From assembly GCA_008369845.1 (NCBI GenBank), contig MRSU01002690.1, positions 1 through 64,000 on the forward strand: a DNA stretch of 64,000 nt, given 5' to 3'. The first letter of the stretch is position 1. Each line of letters starts with the position of its first letter. Below, in pieces: positions 47,445-62,200 of this stretch. The stretch comes from Trichomonas gallinae. Its lineage: Eukaryota. The notes under the pieces were generated by a model. It made no database searches and was not told the DNA's origin. It saw nothing but the letters and a program-made list of their open reading frames with translations. The position numbers and the translations under genes were made by a program.

Positions 47445-50132
47445 ATGTTACCATGCTTAATAATTTTATCCATATCATTAGAGTTCCAGCTATATGGCCA
47501 GGAATTAACAATTTCTGGCCAAGGAGCAATCACTCAAGAAGAAGTTCAATCGAAATGTGATCCAAAAGCCGTACGTAATATCATCATTAATGATGGTATC
47601 ACTTCAATTGATACTTTATCCTTTTATCGTTTTGACATTCTACAAAGTATCAAAATATCAAAAACAGTCCAATCGATTGTCTCAGATTCAACAAGATTCT
47701 GTTCTCAGTTGAGTGAATTTATTCTTGATCCATATAATGAATACTTTTCTGTTGACAATCAAGGGGCGCTATACGATAAACAAAAAACAGTCTTAATCCG
47801 ACTACCACCTCAAAAAAATACATTTAAAATACCGACTACAGTTGTTACAATTGAACAACAGGCATTACAAGCTTGTGTACATCTTAAACAATTGGTATTT
47901 CCTAGCAACGTTAAATATTTGTCAATCGGAATGATATATGATACATATATTAACGATGTCACTTTTGAAAAGAATTCTAAAGTTGAAACTTTTGTGACTC
48001 ACTCTTTTGCATATACGTCATTAGAGAAGATTTTCATTCCCAAATCAGTCACATCTATAGAAACTGATGCATTTTATGCATCTACTAAACTCACGACAGT
48101 TATTTTTGAAGAAGATTCGAACCTAAATTTAATCAAAAGTTATGCATTTAGAGAATGTAATCTTTATAATTTTTCTTTCCCTTCAAAATTAACGACAATT
48201 GAACACAGCATATTCACGCAAAACATGAACTTAGCTAAAATTCATATTCCTAATTCCCTAGTTAATATAAATATAAATGCCTTTGCTGGTTGTCCGAATA
48301 TTTTCAAAATTGAAATCGACCAAAATAATGCAAATTTCAAACTAGCAGGAACGGCAACTCTTACAGACTTCCAAATGACAAAATACTATTATATATCAAA
48401 AAATACAGAAACATTTAATATACCACAAACTATTACTGAAATTCCTGCATTATTCATTCAGATTTGTCCAAAATTAACAGCATTGACTATTAATGGAAAT
48501 CAGATATTTTCAACAGATGGAAAAATTTTATATAACAGCGATAAATCAACTGCTTTATCATGTTCTGGTGGTGTTGGCACTGTTTCAATTGATGGAAATT
48601 GCCAATCAATTAATCCATATTGTTTTTACATGGTGAAAAAACTAGAAAAAATAAACTTCCTAGGTAATAATTTAAAAAGAATAGATGGGTATGCATTTTC
48701 AAACACATATGCATTAAAGACAATAATCTTCCCAAGCTCGCTGACAGAATTATATGATTTTGCATTTTTCCAATCCTCTGTTGAAACATTATCATTTGAA
48801 CATAATAGCCAATTAAATTCTATTGGACATTATTGTTTCATGGAGTCTAACATAACATCAATAATTTTTGGGAATCAACTGCAAACAATAAATAATCAAG
48901 CATTTTATTTTTGCAGGAAACTAAAGCATATTAAATTCGATCCAAACTGTCCTTTGGAAACATTACCACTTGCAATGATGATGAATACAAGTCTAACAGA
49001 ATTTACTGTACCATTAAATTTGAAAAATATTGATGAGAGAGTTTTAGCTCATACAATAACACTTAAAAAAGTTATATTTCCTGAAAATTGCAAGATAGTA
49101 AAACTTGGTCCAAGAGCTTTTTCACAGACAGGGATAGAAAACTTAATTCTACCTAAATCACTGACATCAATTGAGTCTTCATGTTTCTCTGAATGTGATT
49201 TTCTGAATAGTATAACTTTTGAAGAGATTTGCTCATTAACAACTTTAACTGCAGGAATATTTAAGAACTGCAATGCATTACCTACTGTAACACTCCCAAA
49301 ATCAATTACAAAATTAGATGCATCTGTTTTTCAAGGATGTTCAAGTTTAATGAATATTTTCATCGACAGCGAAAACTCAAAATACAAGAATGTTGATGGC
49401 GTTGTTTACACTAAAGATACTGATGAACTTGTTGCATATCCAGGTGGGAGAGTGACAGCTAATGTTGATAATTGGGTCAGATCAATTGGAAGCAATGCAT
49501 TCTATAATTGTTCCAAACTGAAAAATGTTACATTCAATAACAATATAATCGAAGTTATTCCTATAAGCACATTCGAAGAATGCAATGTAATTCAACGAGT
49601 AATTTTTCCTAAGAGTCTGAAATATATTCGCAGTCGTGCTTTCTATAAATGCTCACTCCTTCATGATTTCATTTTCCCGGAATCTCTTATATCTGTCGAC
49701 TCCTTTTCTTTCTTTAACTGTTCTAATTTCATCAAGCTTATCGTCCCATCCAGTATGAATCGTATTGGCAGCAACTCTTTCTCATATTGCAATAATTTGA
49801 GAATTATCGAATTCAACACTAAGTCACTCAACATTGAAAACAACGCATTTTTAAACTGTTTTTCGCTCTTGAAGTTTCGTATCAAAGACTACATTTCTTT
49901 TGACTCAGCATACAGTGGCATAAGAAAAAGCAGCATTGTCGTTCACTACTATGGATTATATGATATCGAATCTTTGTTCATTGCCGATATCACAAAAACT
50001 GTATATGTCAATTGTTCTTATTACAATAAAACATTTTGTAGTCACAATGTCATTCGTACTTGCCAAACAGAATCATATGATGCGAAAAACCACATGGCAT
50101 TCTTTGAAATATTCATTTTCATGCATCGATAA
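47445..50132 (+). CDS. BspA-like leucine-rich-repeat (TpLRR/LRR_5) surface protein
   Basis: Signal peptide, LTISGQG cap, many IPxSVTxIxxxAF repeats, N.YFSVD..ALYDK.KT.LI..P inserts, hydrophobic C-terminal end. Confidence 0.92.
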   Translation: MLPCLIILSISLEFQLYGQELTISGQGAITQEEVQSKCDPKAVRNIIINDGITSIDTLSFYRFDILQSIKISKTVQSIVSDSTRFCSQLSEFILDPYNEYFSVDNQGALYDKQKTVLIRLPPQKNTFKIPTTVVTIEQQALQACVHLKQLVFPSNVKYLSIGMIYDTYINDVTFEKNSKVETFVTHSFAYTSLEKIFIPKSVTSIETDAFYASTKLTTVIFEEDSNLNLIKSYAFRECNLYNFSFPSKLTTIEHSIFTQNMNLAKIHIPNSLVNININAFAGCPNIFKIEIDQNNANFKLAGTATLTDFQMTKYYYISKNTETFNIPQTITEIPALFIQICPKLTALTINGNQIFSTDGKILYNSDKSTALSCSGGVGTVSIDGNCQSINPYCFYMVKKLEKINFLGNNLKRIDGYAFSNTYALKTIIFPSSLTELYDFAFFQSSVETLSFEHNSQLNSIGHYCFMESNITSIIFGNQLQTINNQAFYFCRKLKHIKFDPNCPLETLPLAMMMNTSLTEFTVPLNLKNIDERVLAHTITLKKVIFPENCKIVKLGPRAFSQTGIENLILPKSLTSIESSCFSECDFLNSITFEEICSLTTLTAGIFKNCNALPTVTLPKSITKLDASVFQGCSSLMNIFIDSENSKYKNVDGVVYTKDTDELVAYPGGRVTANVDNWVRSIGSNAFYNCSKLKNVTFNNNIIEVIPISTFEECNVIQRVIFPKSLKYIRSRAFYKCSLLHDFIFPESLISVDSFSFFNCSNFIKLIVPSSMNRIGSNSFSYCNNLRIIEFNTKSLNIENNAFLNCFSLLKFRIKDYISFDSAYSGIRKSSIVVHYYGLYDIESLFIADITKTVYVNCSYYNKTFCSHNVIRTCQTESYDAKNHMAFFEIFIFMHR

Positions 50133-50290
50133 TTCATGAATGTCATGTTAATTTTTTTATTTTTATTTTGCTAATATGTTTGTCATAGACCTTATTATGA
50201 TATAAAGCTATATAATATATTAATCAGTTATTACGATGAAATGAAAAAAAACAATAACAAGTTTGAATTCAAAAAAATAAATAACAAAAT

Positions 50291-53200
50291 TTACATGAAA
50301 TATTCTGATGTACGGCAATAAATAGAAGAGCCATTGATTGAGAAGTATGATGGGTTGTCTTCTGTTTCGATATATATGTTCATAATGAAGTTAGCAGATC
50401 TTCCGAAGATGACAGTTCTATCATCCTCAGAGACATCTTCTTCTGATGGCCTGGCCTCCTTGAAGAGGCCAATAGGTACATATGTTTTCTCTGGGTTCCT
50501 AATATTCGTGCCTTGCTTAACCATCTTGACGAGCAGGCTTGGGAGAGGAATAAACGGAGATGATTGTGTTTTATCGATTCTAACGATTTTCTGGTTCTTT
50601 GAGTTAATGACGCAAAACTCTTGAGAAAGTTTCGTGAGGAGCAACTCGCCTTCATTGACTGTGTCAACTGTTGTATCAACAATTGTGAAATCGAAATCAA
50701 GCTCCGACAAAGCCAAGTGCTGGCGCTGTGCCTCTTCAGTTGCAAATGCCCACAGCAAAGCTTTAGGATCTGTTACGAGTGGAGTGTTGACGACATGATT
50801 GAAGCTTTCTGTCCATGATTTGAGCATCTTCTGGCGTGAAAGGAGGAAGTTCATGAAATTGTGAGCATCATAGAAAGTGTAAACACGTGATGCTTGAGAC
50901 CAAATTGTTGGAACTTTTCCACTGAGCATCTCTTGGCATTCTTTGTTATAAATTCCTTTATCTGCGAGGTAGTGCATTTCGCGCAATGAGTTTCCAATGA
51001 TTTCGATTGCATTGTTGAGGATCGAAATTTCGCGCTCGATGAATGAGTGTATTGGAGTGCACGGTCTTGATGGATTATTAACGAGCTTGGATGGGAATAT
51101 GGCCAAAAGATCTTCAATTCTAACAACGATGCCGCTGTGTGGGATTTCCGGTGGTCCCGCGTATTTAAGAAATGGCTGTGCAATGTATCTTGACAGTGTC
51201 CAGTCTTTCAGTGGTGCATTCAATGGATCAACACCAAGTGTTTCAACCATTGGATAGGCTGGAATCTTCTGCAAATACTGTGTGAATGCTGGTAATGGAA
51301 CTTCATCGTCTGGCATGATCCAGAGTTCTGATTCTGGGCCGACACCAACTTTGAAGCCATCTTGGAATGTTTCCATTCTGATGATACGTGTCAAAAGATG
51401 GTTGATCATCTGTCTATCGCGTGGATCGCAAACTGCTGTGAAAGCGCTGTCCATTATAACATTTCTGATGTTTTCAATTGGTTGTGTGTATTCATCTTCG
51501 CCGAAAATCTCTGAGCATCTTCTTCCGATTGCGGCAATCGTCGAAAGAGGAGTCGAGAAGTTTACGTTGAAGCCGTTTGGTCTAATAACATTCCTGTATG
51601 AAACAAATGCCATCAATGAAGCGACGGCATAAACAAGCTTCTTCATCAGCTTTTGTTGCTTGCCTATGACTAACTGTGGCGCGTAGAATGTAATGATCAG
51701 CTGCATGACTGATTTGACAGTCGGAATCGCGTTGATGATTGTTCTCTTTCCGCGAGAATGCAATGAAGGAGGAACAGCATCAATTAATGATGACAAAACA
51801 ATCATTCTGTAATTTGTGTTGATTGATGTTGTTGTCATCTGCGTGAAAATGTCTGACAAAATGGAAATTGTTGCTGGAATATTCTTCGTGACATGAAGCA
51901 GAATCCAGTTGCCACGTGAAGTTGCCATCGACATGACTTTCTTGATGTTCTTCAAGAACTCGAGATCATCGCAAATTGAAATGCACTCGACATTCTCGAT
52001 CTTGCTTCTCTGTGCGACAATGTGATGGACAACATCACTCGGATCGTTATGTGGACCGTTGATAATGACGTTTGGAATCTGCGGGTTGCTCGAAATGATT
52101 CTATCGACTGTGAATTCTGGGAAGCTCTGAAGAATTTCATCTCCATATAATTCAGCGACATAAGCTCTAACTGACTCGAAGATGTTTTCGAAGCTCGTGT
52201 ATCTCAATCTCTCGAATGGATCCAGGCCAGCATTTGCATCCTTGTAAGTGAGCTTGCTGTTGAATGATGATCTGATGTGATCCAAAACTGGTTTCAAGTC
52301 TTTGAGTGTGTAATGAGTCTGCGGCATTCTCATTATGAAGCTCGACAAGAACAGGAAGAACATAGCATCGTTCATTGCCATGTTGGACATGAACAGCTGC
52401 AGCGAGGCATCAGTAATTGCAACACGGAGAGAAATTAACTGCTCAGGTAATAACTGTCCTGCATGGAAACCTTCGCTGACGAAAATTTGTGTGAGTCTTC
52501 TCATGTAGTGCGACAATGAGCATGGCTGTAAGTTGGCGACTTTAGGGATGACTCTTGACGCGATTTCCCAGAATGTTGCACATTGATGGATGAGTGGAGA
52601 GAACTGATGCATGATGTTCTTGTATTCTTCTTGATTGTTTGTTTCGATGCTCAAATTCCTGTTCTTGAAGTATTCCTCTTTGGACTTGAGAAGCTCTTCG
52701 ATTGTTTCTGTATCGCTGAGATAATCATAAGCTTGATTGACATTCTGTGTTGCGACAATATCAGCCAAAATGTCTAATATATTTCTTTCGTAGTTGATTT
52801 CGTTGACGCGCTTGAGAATTTCGTTCTTTCTGTCTTCAAGAAGCTTGTTGAAGAGATTTTCATGGAAATACAAACCGAAAACTTGCTTAAAGATGTGCTT
52901 CAAGTTGTTTGTCATCGTTGGGACGACATCGATTGTTGTGCAGCGTGCGAGTAAATCTAATGGAAGCTCTTTGATAGAATAAGCAGGACTGACAAGAATC
53001 AATTTGAAGTTTGGATCCCAAGCAACGACCTTGCTGCCAATTCTTACGTCCTTTTGCATCGTCTGCTCTTGTGGAAGTGAATCCAGTGGAATGAGAACAG
53101 AAAGAATTGGAATCATCTGCATCACATCATAAACAAGAAGAGTCCTGCCTTCAGAAACAGCCTGTGCAGCAGTAGCATCCAGTGTTGATGAATTCGCTGA

Positions 53201-56200
53201 GCATTCAATCAGTCTGCTCTTTATATCTTTGGCGACAATCGAATATGCGAGTCCATCAGGATCAATAAGAAGTGGAGTCCTAAGCGTTGCGAAAATATGA
53301 TGAATGTCTGTTGCAAGTTCAAGAGAATGCGCAGTGTCTGGTCTATCATAGTAAAACTCTGGTCTAATCTGAATAAATCTCCATTGGACCATTTTATCGA
53401 CATCACCATCATCGCATTCTATTCCTGCATTCTTTATCAATTCCAACACGCTTAGATATGCTGTGACTCTGTTTTCTATGTTGATGATACCACCGAAAAC
53501 TAAGAAGAAAGAGAATAGCATCGAATTTCCGACGAGTTTGTCCTTGCGCAGTGGAAATTCGCGAGTGTCGTTCTGCCAACGTTCGACGAACTGTTCAATG
53601 TCTTTGAATATCATCTCCAAAGACCTCTTACGCTCACTGATTGCTTTGTAGTCTTTCTCCATTTGTTCTCTTGATGCTTGTTGTGCTTGTAGGTTCTTTA
53701 ATTCGTTTTCTAATGATGCTGCAACTTGTTCGATCGATGCAAGTTCGACATCCATTTCTTCTAAGTACTGTTGAAGTGATCTTTCTTTCTCATCTAAAAT
53801 TTTACGTTGTGTTGTTCTGTTGTTATTCAGCAAACAATACTGGCAGAGAAGATGAATCCAGTTGTAAAGCGTGAAAAGAGCTGGAGCTGTTGCCTCGAGT
53901 TCTGTTGGATTCATTTGCTCATTCTCGAAGTAAGGCATTCCAAGGTCCAATGATTTAGGTGTGATTGAGTCTGTAGTAATGCATCCGGTGAGTAATTCAA
54001 CGAAATTAGGATCCATCAGCAATTTCTGGCCGCTTCTTTCGTATGAAGGTGGTTTATCCAAGAAAAGACAGAAGAGCTCAAAGAGGAGTCTCATTGATGG
54101 CATTGGGTCATTCGCCGAGATTCGGATTGTGTCGATTTCATTCTTTGTGAGTTTCTTGACTTCTTCGACGGCTTTTTCTAATTTAGGAGATAAATCTTTG
54201 TATTCTGCTTCGAATCTTTCAACATCATCACGCAGAGATTCAACTTCAGCAAGTTTAGTCTTCTTGTCTTCAATCAGCTTCTGTTGTCTGTTGTCGATAG
54301 CTTCTTTTCTTGTTGTATATGATGAAGACAATGATTCAGAGTCAACTTGAAGTCTTTGTAAAGTTGGAGCCAAAGAGTCAAGTTTCCTTTCGATGACATG
54401 AGCTTCTCCTTGCAGCTTGTCTATGAAACTAATTGCTGACTGACTGTTCTCGAATTTCGTGTTCAAGTTCTGGAAATCAGCCGCAGTGAAGTGGCAGAAT
54501 GAGTCGATAAAGTCTATCATCATGTTTGGATGGAAATACGATGTGAATTTGCGTGCGACTGTATGCATGTTTCCGAGGACCTGAGAAACAGGTGTAGCTG
54601 ATGATCCGATGACTTTCTTCGTTGCGGGCTGCTCGATTGCTTCCTGCGCGAACTGTATGTAGTACTGTGTTGTGTCGTGGTTGAGGTTAATCTCAACGAA
54701 ATGTGCGTGTTCACCTGTAATGATTGGCTCATTTTGTGCAATGACGACGTGAATGTTTATCCTCAAAATATTCTTGATCTGACGCATTGCAATGATTTTC
54801 TGCTCAAATGTTAAAGCGTGGGAATTTGCGAATCTTGCGTAAAGGTCGTCTAAAGATGTCTTAGTGAAGAAATGTGTGTAATCATAACCAGTTACAAACA
54901 ATAGAAGGGTTTCAATTTCTGACATTGTTTCTTTCGTTGCGCGTGTAAATATAACTGATCTCTTTTGATGCAATGCAGCGTTGATTATAACATCTCTGAT
55001 AACTGATGACAACGAGAACATTCTGTCTTCTTTGACCATCTGTTCTTCAAATGTTGGTGGCGCAATGTTGATGAAATCATATTCGCATGAATGAGCAATT
55101 ATTCTGGTGACAGAGTATTTTCCAAGTCCAGCAATGCCGTTCAAAATAACATTGCATCCTGGTGTTCTCATTGCTCTCAGCATCATGGCCCACATGTCAA
55201 CAATAGCTGGTGTAACTCTTAGATTTAGTTTTTCGATGACGTTCGCATTGAAAATTGCAATGTCTCTGATGATTCTTTCAGCCAAAGCAGCGGGTTCAGT
55301 TGTCTTGATGTTGACAGTAAACTGCTTCATGTCTTTGGTTAACTTGCAGATTGGGAGAATGATTGTTTTTGTGTTAACGAGATCCCAAGCAGCCTTCTTC
55401 TCGTTTTCATTCCTGCATTCGTTGTTTCCGATGAATTCGATTTTGTCTTTGACATCTTGCACTGGGAATTTGTGCAGGAATCTGAATTTCATCTCAGCAA
55501 TTAATTGTTTGATAACTTCAGCTGTCGGAACATCAGATCCAATGTGACAAATTGTGAAAATTGACTGCATGAGAAGTAGTGGTCTGTTTTCAAGATCAAA
55601 CTGGCCAAGCAAGTTCATTCCGATCTTCGCGTAGAATTCTGCATTAGTTTGTTTGTGTCCATAAGCGGTCAAAATCTTTGAAACCATGAACTGTGCAGAA
55701 TCACTCGAAATTTCATTCAATCCGATTGGAATGTATTTTTGGACGAACCTAATATCGAATTGAGTGAGGTCTTCGACAGTTATAATAGTAACGAATCTCA
55801 TGATCGTCAATGTTTCGTAGACCTTTGGATCTGTAGTTGAAAATGCATTGATCTTTCCTGTGTTATTAATTTGTCTCAAGAATTCTTGCAATCTTATGTG
55901 CGAAGGCTTAAGTCCGCGAATGACAAGAATGATTGTCTTGTTTTGGGTTCCTGGTGTTAAAATCTTCGACAAGAAAGGTGTGTGTGAAAGTATGAATGAT
56001 ATAAATTCGTCTGCTGTGACAATTTCTGAAACATCATAAGTAATTGGCAAAAAGTTTTCATTCATCGAGAACAAAATCCTCAAGAATGTATCTCTTCCGC
56101 TTGATTTAGGTCCGTGTAAAATTATGCTCCTGTGGTTTTCTAATAGTCTGTTTGCGAGCTCAAGAGGATGCAAGAACTGGACGTTCATTACATAAACTTC

Positions 56201-59200
56201 GTTCGGGAATATTGGCAACTGTCCTTCAGATCTCGCTTGATAAATCGGTTCGTGGTCAATTAACTTGAAGTTCAAAGGAATCAGTTTTCCATCGAAAATC
56301 TGCATTGATGATAAGCATGGCTTTGGATACATGTTCCAGAACAAATCAGGAACGTTGTAGCCGATCCAATCCTTAGGAACCGAGATTTCTTCTTCATTTC
56401 TCAGCCAAAGATCGAATTTCTCTCTTTCCGATGGTTCTAAGAACTGCGAGAATATTCTATTTGCTGCATAAGCAATGGCAAGAGACATGTGTGTCTGGTT
56501 CTTCATATCAAGATTCAATGACTGTATTAAATTCAAAGAAACAATGGCAGTGAAATAAGGCAAAACTTCAGAAAGATAAATTTCACCTGATTTCATCTTC
56601 TCTGGCTGTTGTGAATATCTGACTCTATTCTTTGAGTGGTAAACGTTCTTGACGACTTTAGGAATCAAGTCAACGAATGTGTCAAAGAAAACTTGTGAAT
56701 GCTCGGACTCTTCGTAACCGAGTTCAATGAACGCGCGGCGAAGGATGATGTGTGGATATGTTAACTCGCAGCTGACAGTCAAAGAAGTATTTATCTGGCA
56801 CGATTTCATGTAGATAACACGCATACGAGAAAGTAAGCCTGGTGTTAATCCATCAGCGTCTGTTGTTTCATATATTACTTTCATTCTTCCGTTTGCGTAA
56901 ACGAAATCTTGTGAACTTGTCCTATATGCTCTGCAGTTTGATTGTGGAATGAAATATCTCAAAAACATCAAGAAGTCTCTTGAATACTTGCCATCGAATC
57001 TCAAAATATTTGTAGTCTTCGTCTTTATGTACATCTGGTTGAGAATAGCTTGAAGATGTCCGTAAGCCCATGTTTGTCCAAACGTGAGATCGTCATAAAT
57101 GTGTCCGTATAATCTGTTTGGATTCTCAGAATTGAAGTAGCAGTCGAAAACTTCGTAAGGATCAACATCAGGGAATTCTTCGTGGAATTTTTGGCTGTTT
57201 ACAACTGATTTAAGAACTCTAACAATCAATGATTTGCCGCTTGATGGCTGTCCTACGATTGCAACGGCATCTGAGAATGTTAAAGTGAACATCAAGTCTA
57301 ATGTTCTCTCCGCCAAATATTCTACTGGAAGATAAGAATTGATCTTGTTGATTTCTTCTTTGAATAACTCTAAGTATCTTTCTCTGTTCTTTTCGAAAGA
57401 AATCGTCTTGAATTTCTCTGTTATTTCTGCTGTCGTAACATTGAAACAGGAAGCAATGACTTCATATAATTTATTCTTTTCGTTGTCAATTCTTGTTGTA
57501 GTGAATAACTGAAACGCTGAATACATTAATCCCCATAAATCTTGAACTCCATCTTTCCTTAATCTAACTGCACCATCAATAATCAAAAATGCAGACTGTA
57601 GGAATGATGTCATATGAATATTGTTGACCAATAACTGTGGAATAGTAAGAACTAACGAATTTAACATTGCTGCGTATTTCTTTGGCTCTTTGAATGATAA
57701 TGCGAGCATTCTTATTTCGATGATCATTGGTGAATTTATGTCTGACAAAGCGATTGATCTGACTGTTGATCTGATCATTGACGGAATACCGTCGCTCAAA
57801 TAACGAACATGGTGGCCTGTGAAGTAGAACCGAGCATTCGGATTGAGTTCAACAGTTTTAGAACTGATGATGATTTTGTTTGAATTTGCTCTGAGAAGTT
57901 GATACATTGTGTGAATGTTATCGAATAAATAGCATAAATGTCTGTGTTCCATTTTCTCCAAATGATTAAACAAACACCAGCTGCCTGTTATGCATGTTCC
58001 AATCAATATTCTGCTCAAGAAGTGTTCAGAGTTGTTTGGATATGGATACCAGTTATAAATAAATCTGCCGAAATCAGCTGCGAGCTGGAAAATAGTAGAA
58101 GCCTTTCCAAGCATTGTAGAACCGAGCAAAATCATTGGATCAATTTCTCTGTTTCCTCTTGCAAGACTTTGGTAAGCAAACTCAATGCCTGTAGTATGAA
58201 CAACGAAAGGAACTTGTCCCCAGAACTCATATCCAAGCTCCCATGATGTCTTCGAAATGCAAGCATAAATTGAGCCTGTTTCCTTCTTAAAGTGTAGCAT
58301 TGTTTCATAGTCAATTGCGGGATTGAGGCCTTTGCGCTTTTGTTCTTGTAGTATTAAATTGGAATATCTATCTCTATAAGCAAGCAAAATTGCGAGAATT
58401 CCTGCTAATTCTGGTTTGACGCCAATTACATCTGTGATTTTTTGTATGTAATCGTTAATTAATTCTGGGAATGGCATCTCACCTTTGATTGTCTGTTTGA
58501 GCAGCTGGTTCCTCAAACTTGTCGTCAAAATAACATTCAAAGCAATTGCCAATATATTTGGCGCGAACATTGATATCCACTTGTCAAACATTACATTTTC
58601 GATCTTCTCGATTGCCTTCAATGACATTTCCTTGACTGTTTCTTGTGTTCTCTCAATCAGATCCGCAATCCACTGCTCAGGAACCGGTGTAATATCTACA
58701 GGCTTGTTAAGCGGTAATGTATATCCATGATTGCCAACAATACTGTAAACTTTTGACTGGAAAATTGGAACTTGGTTGCCCATCTCATCGTGGCAGTCGA
58801 GCGTTTTAACGAACATCAAAATCTTAGAGATTGTGCATGCAATGTCTTCGATTGATGTTGAGGAAATGAGTTTGAGAACATCATCGTTAGACAAGAAGAA
58901 CAAACGAGGCATTGCGTTTCTCTTTGTGTCCAACAATTTTCCGAGCGAAGCAATGATTGATTCCATTGTTTGGTTGTTTTCATTCAAAGCATCAAGTAAT
59001 GATGGGAATGAACAAACAGAGAAAAGTCTTGTGTCTTTGATTGTGTGCCTAGCAATTGTGCTCCATTTCCTCTGAACACCAGAGAATTTGTTCATTTGTT
59101 GTGGTAAAAGTGATCTGGTTATATCTTGTGAGAAAATTGCGGATAAAATAATCCAGTTAGATTGGAATAATTGCCATGCTTCTATGATTTGATTGATGTT

Positions 59201-62200
59201 CTCAAGTGTTGAAGCGAGATTTGTGACTGTATCTCTGATGCCTTGTATGTATGGCCTCTGGAGCATCGAGCTGATATTAATCAATGCATCGTTGATTTCT
59301 TGTAACAATTGATCAGTATTTCCAAGCAAAAGATTGTCTTCGTTGAGATTATTGCCTGGAACTTCAGCGATTGGCATCTGTACTTTGTTCCAGTAGTTAG
59401 TAATGGCGTAGAATTCTGTTTCAAGTTTGTATTCACCGAGTGACATATTTGTGATTTGCTCGATTTTTTCTTTGTTCTGCAAAATATTCATCTTTATCAA
59501 TTCGTCGACTGTCATCTTTGGATTGTAAGATGCCTGTTGATTGCAAGTCTCGAACAAGTTGTTCCAATGTCTGGCCTGCATCCTGCTGTTAGACAATTTC
59601 TCAAGTTCTTCGATATACGGAGAGATTTCATTTACTTTTGACGCGAGTTCGCCTAATATTGGATAATTATTTGATGCTGGAAGAGCTTGTAAACGCTTTA
59701 ATTGCGTGTCAATTTCGACGACAGAATTTTTGAATACATCCATTTCTATTGAGATAAAGGCCTTCTTTGTCATCTGCTCCGAAATTTTCTGCCACTGATC
59801 AATCGATGAATATAATGTTAAAGCGAATTCATTGATATTTATTACGTTGTTGTAAAACGCGAATTTGTTAATTTCAACATCAATAATTTCTTGATATTTA
59901 ATTGCTTGTTTAACCTGTGATTCGAGATCTCTCATCTTTCTGAGTCTTTTCTCACTTCTTGGAATTTCTTTCTCAATGTCGACAAGTGTTAATGTTGGAG
60001 GGATTGCTGAAACTTTTTCATAATTCTTATTGAGTTTGGCTTCGAGTTGTGATATGTTATCTTTAAGTTGGTGAATGAAATAGTTGACAACGGAGCTCTT
60101 GATTGATTGAGCAACAATGAAATCGCTCTGGAACACTGAATATTTCTGATGAAGTGGATTTCTTTTATGCTGTAGTTGGAATTTTTCGAATAATGTATAT
60201 GTTTCATCGACGAATTTAATTTCTGCTTCTATTGCTGGCTTTACGTTTTCTGCACGCTTAAATGTCTCACAGAATGATACGAAACCATCCAATGTTCCAG
60301 GCTCCATTTTGAGGATTTTGCCGTAATTTGTTAAAGCGCCATCAACTTGTTGAATTTTCATCGAAGAAAGTTTATCGAGAAGATTTTGCAAATCCAAAAA
60401 TGTTTTCTTAGGAATTGGCTTCAATATTTGTCTTAAACCCTTGAGATCTATGTGAAGAACGCCTTTGACGATACCTTGTCTGAGGTTGTTGACTTCATGG
60501 TCATCTTCTATCAACTGCTGCATTTCTTCTTTCACTTTTTCGAAATCGACAACGGGTTGCTCATCGCTGTTGACTAAAAATGTATCATCGCCAATATTAT
60601 TCAGCGGATCTTGAATTTCGCCAACGAATTTTGTGCCTTTGCGAGTTATCAAATAATCTTTGACATCCCAACATTTGCCCATTTTGTAGATTGGATATAA
60701 ATTCGAAAAATCTTGAGCAATGATAAATGCGTCATTATAAGAACTCCTGAGTGTTTTGATGATTCTCTCTTCTATCTCAGGCAGAATATTTTCGCATGAT
60801 GTAAAGTTTGTTAATACTGGTCCATTAGCACATAATTGCTTAAAATCACATCCACTGTTTTCTATCAGAACTCTTAACTTTTCCATTTTAAGGAGTCTTG
60901 GTAATTTGTTTAATGTATCAATGGAATTTGCCAATTGACCAACAATGCTCTTCTCAAGCTGCTGAAGATTGGGTGTGAAATCAACAGTGCCTTGATCTGT
61001 GAATAAAACTTCGACCTGAAAAATACTTGAACCTTCTTGCGAAACGTTATGATCTGCCTGCTTCCAGCAATCAACGCAGATGTTCGCGAGTGTCTCTAAT
61101 ATCATGTAATCGACTGTTCTAATGAATTGTCCTAACGAAGCAATTTGTTTATTTACGTCTTCTGTCTTTTTATATCTTAACAAAGCTTTTTGTTCTTCTA
61201 AATTTTCGAGGATTTGTATGTTAGGATGGCGGCGATTGAAGTTGAAATCTTGATCTGTCACCTGAACATGAAGTGGATCCGCGATTTTATCGAATAATTG
61301 CGCAATTATTTCTGTGTTGTTTTGAATAAACTCTAAATAACTTGATTTCAATTTATCCGTATTTTCTCTTGATTGTTCTTCGAAATCTTCGAGTCTATAT
61401 TTCTTGCCTACATGGAAGCATAGTAAATATTGCTTTAAAAGGCTGATTAATGCATTTTGTGAATCGTAAATTTTCAATTCTTGTCCAAAGAATAAAGGAT
61501 TTCTGAATATTGTATTACTCATTGCATTAGCAAGTAAGCCTTTGAACCTCTGCTCTTTCAAAAACAGCACCCAGGCTCTGAAATTTTTCCAAAATAAATA
61601 TTTCGAGAAGAATTTGAGTTTTCTTATGGCTTCGAATACAAATTTCTCTCTTGAGTATTGGTCGATTGTTAATGTTTCAGTTTCTCCGTTTGCATAAATA
61701 TGAGTGACACCACTAGCACTCATTGTGTAATAATCAGTGCCAATCTCCGTAGATGGAACTTTCTTAAGATCGTACGGTGAGAAAAGTGGATCTTTTCGGT
61801 CGTAAGTGTAAATTAAATAAATAAAATGGTGACCACTTCCATCTTTTCTCTTTGAGAAGTATGCAATCGGGTCATCTTCGAATGCGAGTGTTTGTCTTTC
61901 AATTTCTTCTTCTCGTTTTGAAATTTGTAATGCAGTGACTTCTTGAAGATCTCCGAGCGGTTTATTTCCAAAACGCGATGAAGATGATAGTTGTGTACTC
62001 TTTGGTGGAATGATTGGTGATTTAATTATAGGTCTTCCAGTTTTCTTAGCGTGATTTCTAAATGCGTAGAGCGGAGGATTTTGCTGTTTAAGAAATGTAT
62101 CACTTGAGCCTTCTCCAGGTGCACAGATATCGTAAGAATGAACTGTGCCTTCTAGATTCGAAGGTGCAAATAAAACTCGATCGATTGCCTTTTGTCCGGG